Made by a program: the position numbers and the translations under genes
Assembly: GCA_011109175.1 (NCBI GenBank)
Contig: RDEW01000058.1
Location: 6,033-70,032 of the forward strand
DNA from: Dicyema japonicum
Taxonomy: Eukaryota; Animalia; Dicyemida
Length of the DNA: 64,000 bases
Direction of reading: 5' to 3'
The notes under the pieces: generated by a model
Database searches by the model: none
What the model saw: only the letters and a program-made list of their open reading frames with translations
Told to the model about the DNA's origin: nothing
Part shown: positions 62,389-64,000 of the stretch, in pieces
Position numbering within the stretch: the stretch's first letter is position 1
How the letters are laid out: every line of letters begins with the position of its first letter

Positions 62389-64000
62389 ATGGAAATCGGT
62401 AAGAATATTTGATTTAAAAAACAACTATGCCTACTATTTTAGATGAGTTTGAACATAAAAGGAAAGCAAGAATTGAGCCTTTAAATCTGACGTCATATTC
62501 CCTCAAAGACGTCTTGACATTACATTCGATAATAATGCCTTTCAAATAGACAACAATTCTGCCAACAAAGCCACATCACTAACATTTCCAGAATCGTGTC
62601 CCAAACTACCAAAATTAGAGCCTTTGGTAATATTTGACAACTCATAAATAGCCGTATCTCCAAAAAGTCCAAATAAAGAATCAACCTTCCTACATTCAAG
62701 AGAAAAACAGAAAAAATTACGAAAAGGAAAAACGGCTATACGCCATCGACGACTCAAAGTCTAAATCTCAACGAAAGCAATCCCTGGACAACATTCAGCT
62801 AAGAAAAGTAATATAAATTATTCATTTAGGCGGTTCTAGCCAAATATGAAGTTAATATACCAAAGACCCTTTCTGTGCTACCAAAAAACAAAATTGAAAC
62901 TCAGTTGATTTTCACGGACGAATATAACGGCTGCAGGAATCTGCTTGAAATAATCGGAGTGATTCGCCAAAACGCTTGGCTGGGGTTTTTCTACATGATC
63001 CCTGCGGTCTCAAAGTCAAGTGTGCAGTATCACTACTATAACCTCAAGTAAGCCAATTGAATGTATTTTCAGAGTCACAAATTACCAGCGTATTTTCAAG
63101 CTGGACTATTGCACGATCAGTTCTATTGGGGTGACCAGATCGACTCAGGGGGACGAGGTTGACTTTACCCACCTTGATGTATATGAACAAGAGTACAAAC
63201 ATTTCTGGCGACACAAAAGTTAGAGAAACTTAAAATTTAGATTCCAACGTTCCAAAATTTTCAAGCAGGGTGGAAGGCATTTTCTTGTGTGGCGTTGGAC
63301 AATTCGCTGCGAGAAAATAAAAAAATGCCAAGAAAACCATAGAAAACTCGCTTTTCTTGGTCAACGCTGTAATTTACGGTTTTCAATTTAGCCTCTGCGG
63401 TCGGCTCTATTGAGTCTCCGGGGGATGATTTACAGAATTTGTGATTTGTCCCTGACAAATTTTTCCTACGACGAGACGGTGACTTTGGACAAGTTCATCG
63501 AAAACCACACATTCTCGACATCTCAAGTTTAAATCCAAGTTTCGATTCTTAGATCGCCAAAAGGCTGAAGGAATTCAGATATTTGGTCATTGATATAATC
63601 AAATGCGCTTGCCGAACAAATTTGCTCGAAAGTGGCTTTAACCCTGACTTTTATCCCTCACGTGGACTTGATTCTGGTATATTGCAGTTCGTGAAAAAAA
63701 CAGATCAAACCTCTACCGAGTCTGGGAGTGACGGAGAATCAGATATTGTGGAGACGTGTGAAAATTTGTGTTACACAGAACAGGCTGAAAAGCGGGAAAA
63801 GTGCAATAGATTGGCCTGGTGACCTGTCTATTAGTATTTCAGCTTCATCTGCCTGTCGGACTATTTGATAGCGAATGCTCTCCACACCCTGACCGTCAAA
63901 TCAGTCGAATCAATAAAGGACTTCTTTTTTAGCAAAATACAGCTGACTCCCTCAGACAACGTCATTTCAAACTTCACTCGAACGAAGGAGGACGTCAGCA
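62389..64000 (+). CDS. DNAH6: Axonemal inner-arm dynein heavy chain 6 homolog, 5' part (start codon uncertain; runs off the window; several apparent +1 indels at 63205-63345)
   Basis: Spliced with 22-26 nt introns: 'LGFFYMIPAVSKSSVQYHYYNLKV', 'EQEY', 'WKAF.VWR', 'LRSALL', 'RLKEFR', 'ACRTNLLESGFNPD' and 'YTEQAEKREKCNRLACFICLSDYLIANALHTLTV' match the DNAH6 N-terminus as I recall it. Confidence 0.85.

Noticed and set aside
57003-64000. Alternative genetic code (stop-codon reassignment) explaining in-frame stops
   Set aside because: In-frame stops in the real genes are removed by GT-AG micro-introns, and TAA/TAG terminate the proteins at family-expected positions.

Overview
This is AT-rich eukaryotic DNA. 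The ORF track misses most real genes because they are split by very short (about 20-31 nt) GT-AG introns. Splicing by hand recovers an ARF-family GTPase (57003-57641, minus), a Mediator MED1 homolog (59242-61989, minus), the 5' end of axonemal dynein DNAH6 (about 62389 to the window end, plus) and two Lifeguard/TMBIM genes (29479-30333 plus; 51832-52693 minus). An animal-like MED1, an axonemal dynein and tiny introns point to a ciliated, highly reduced animal. A dicyemid fits best, but that is inference. The first ~56 kb is mostly decayed transposons: one full-length 3.0 kb RTE-type LINE with a 13-bp target-site duplication, remnants of CRE, R4, I/Jockey and CR1/L2-like LINEs, Ty3/gypsy, pogo and Merlin, and a tRNA-derived SINE. 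It also holds a ~1.9 kb inverted duplication and an array of three ~4.7-4.9 kb units (about 29.5-43.9 kb). The array carries truncated TMBIM copies and degenerate intron-rich copies of a putative BspA-like LRR surface-protein gene. The most interesting unexplained items are that BspA-like array, the micro-introns, and a covarying 3' stem-loop shared by diverged LINE subfamilies. Several frameshifts fall in homopolymers and may be assembly errors. All alignments were done by eye or from memory; no searches were run.
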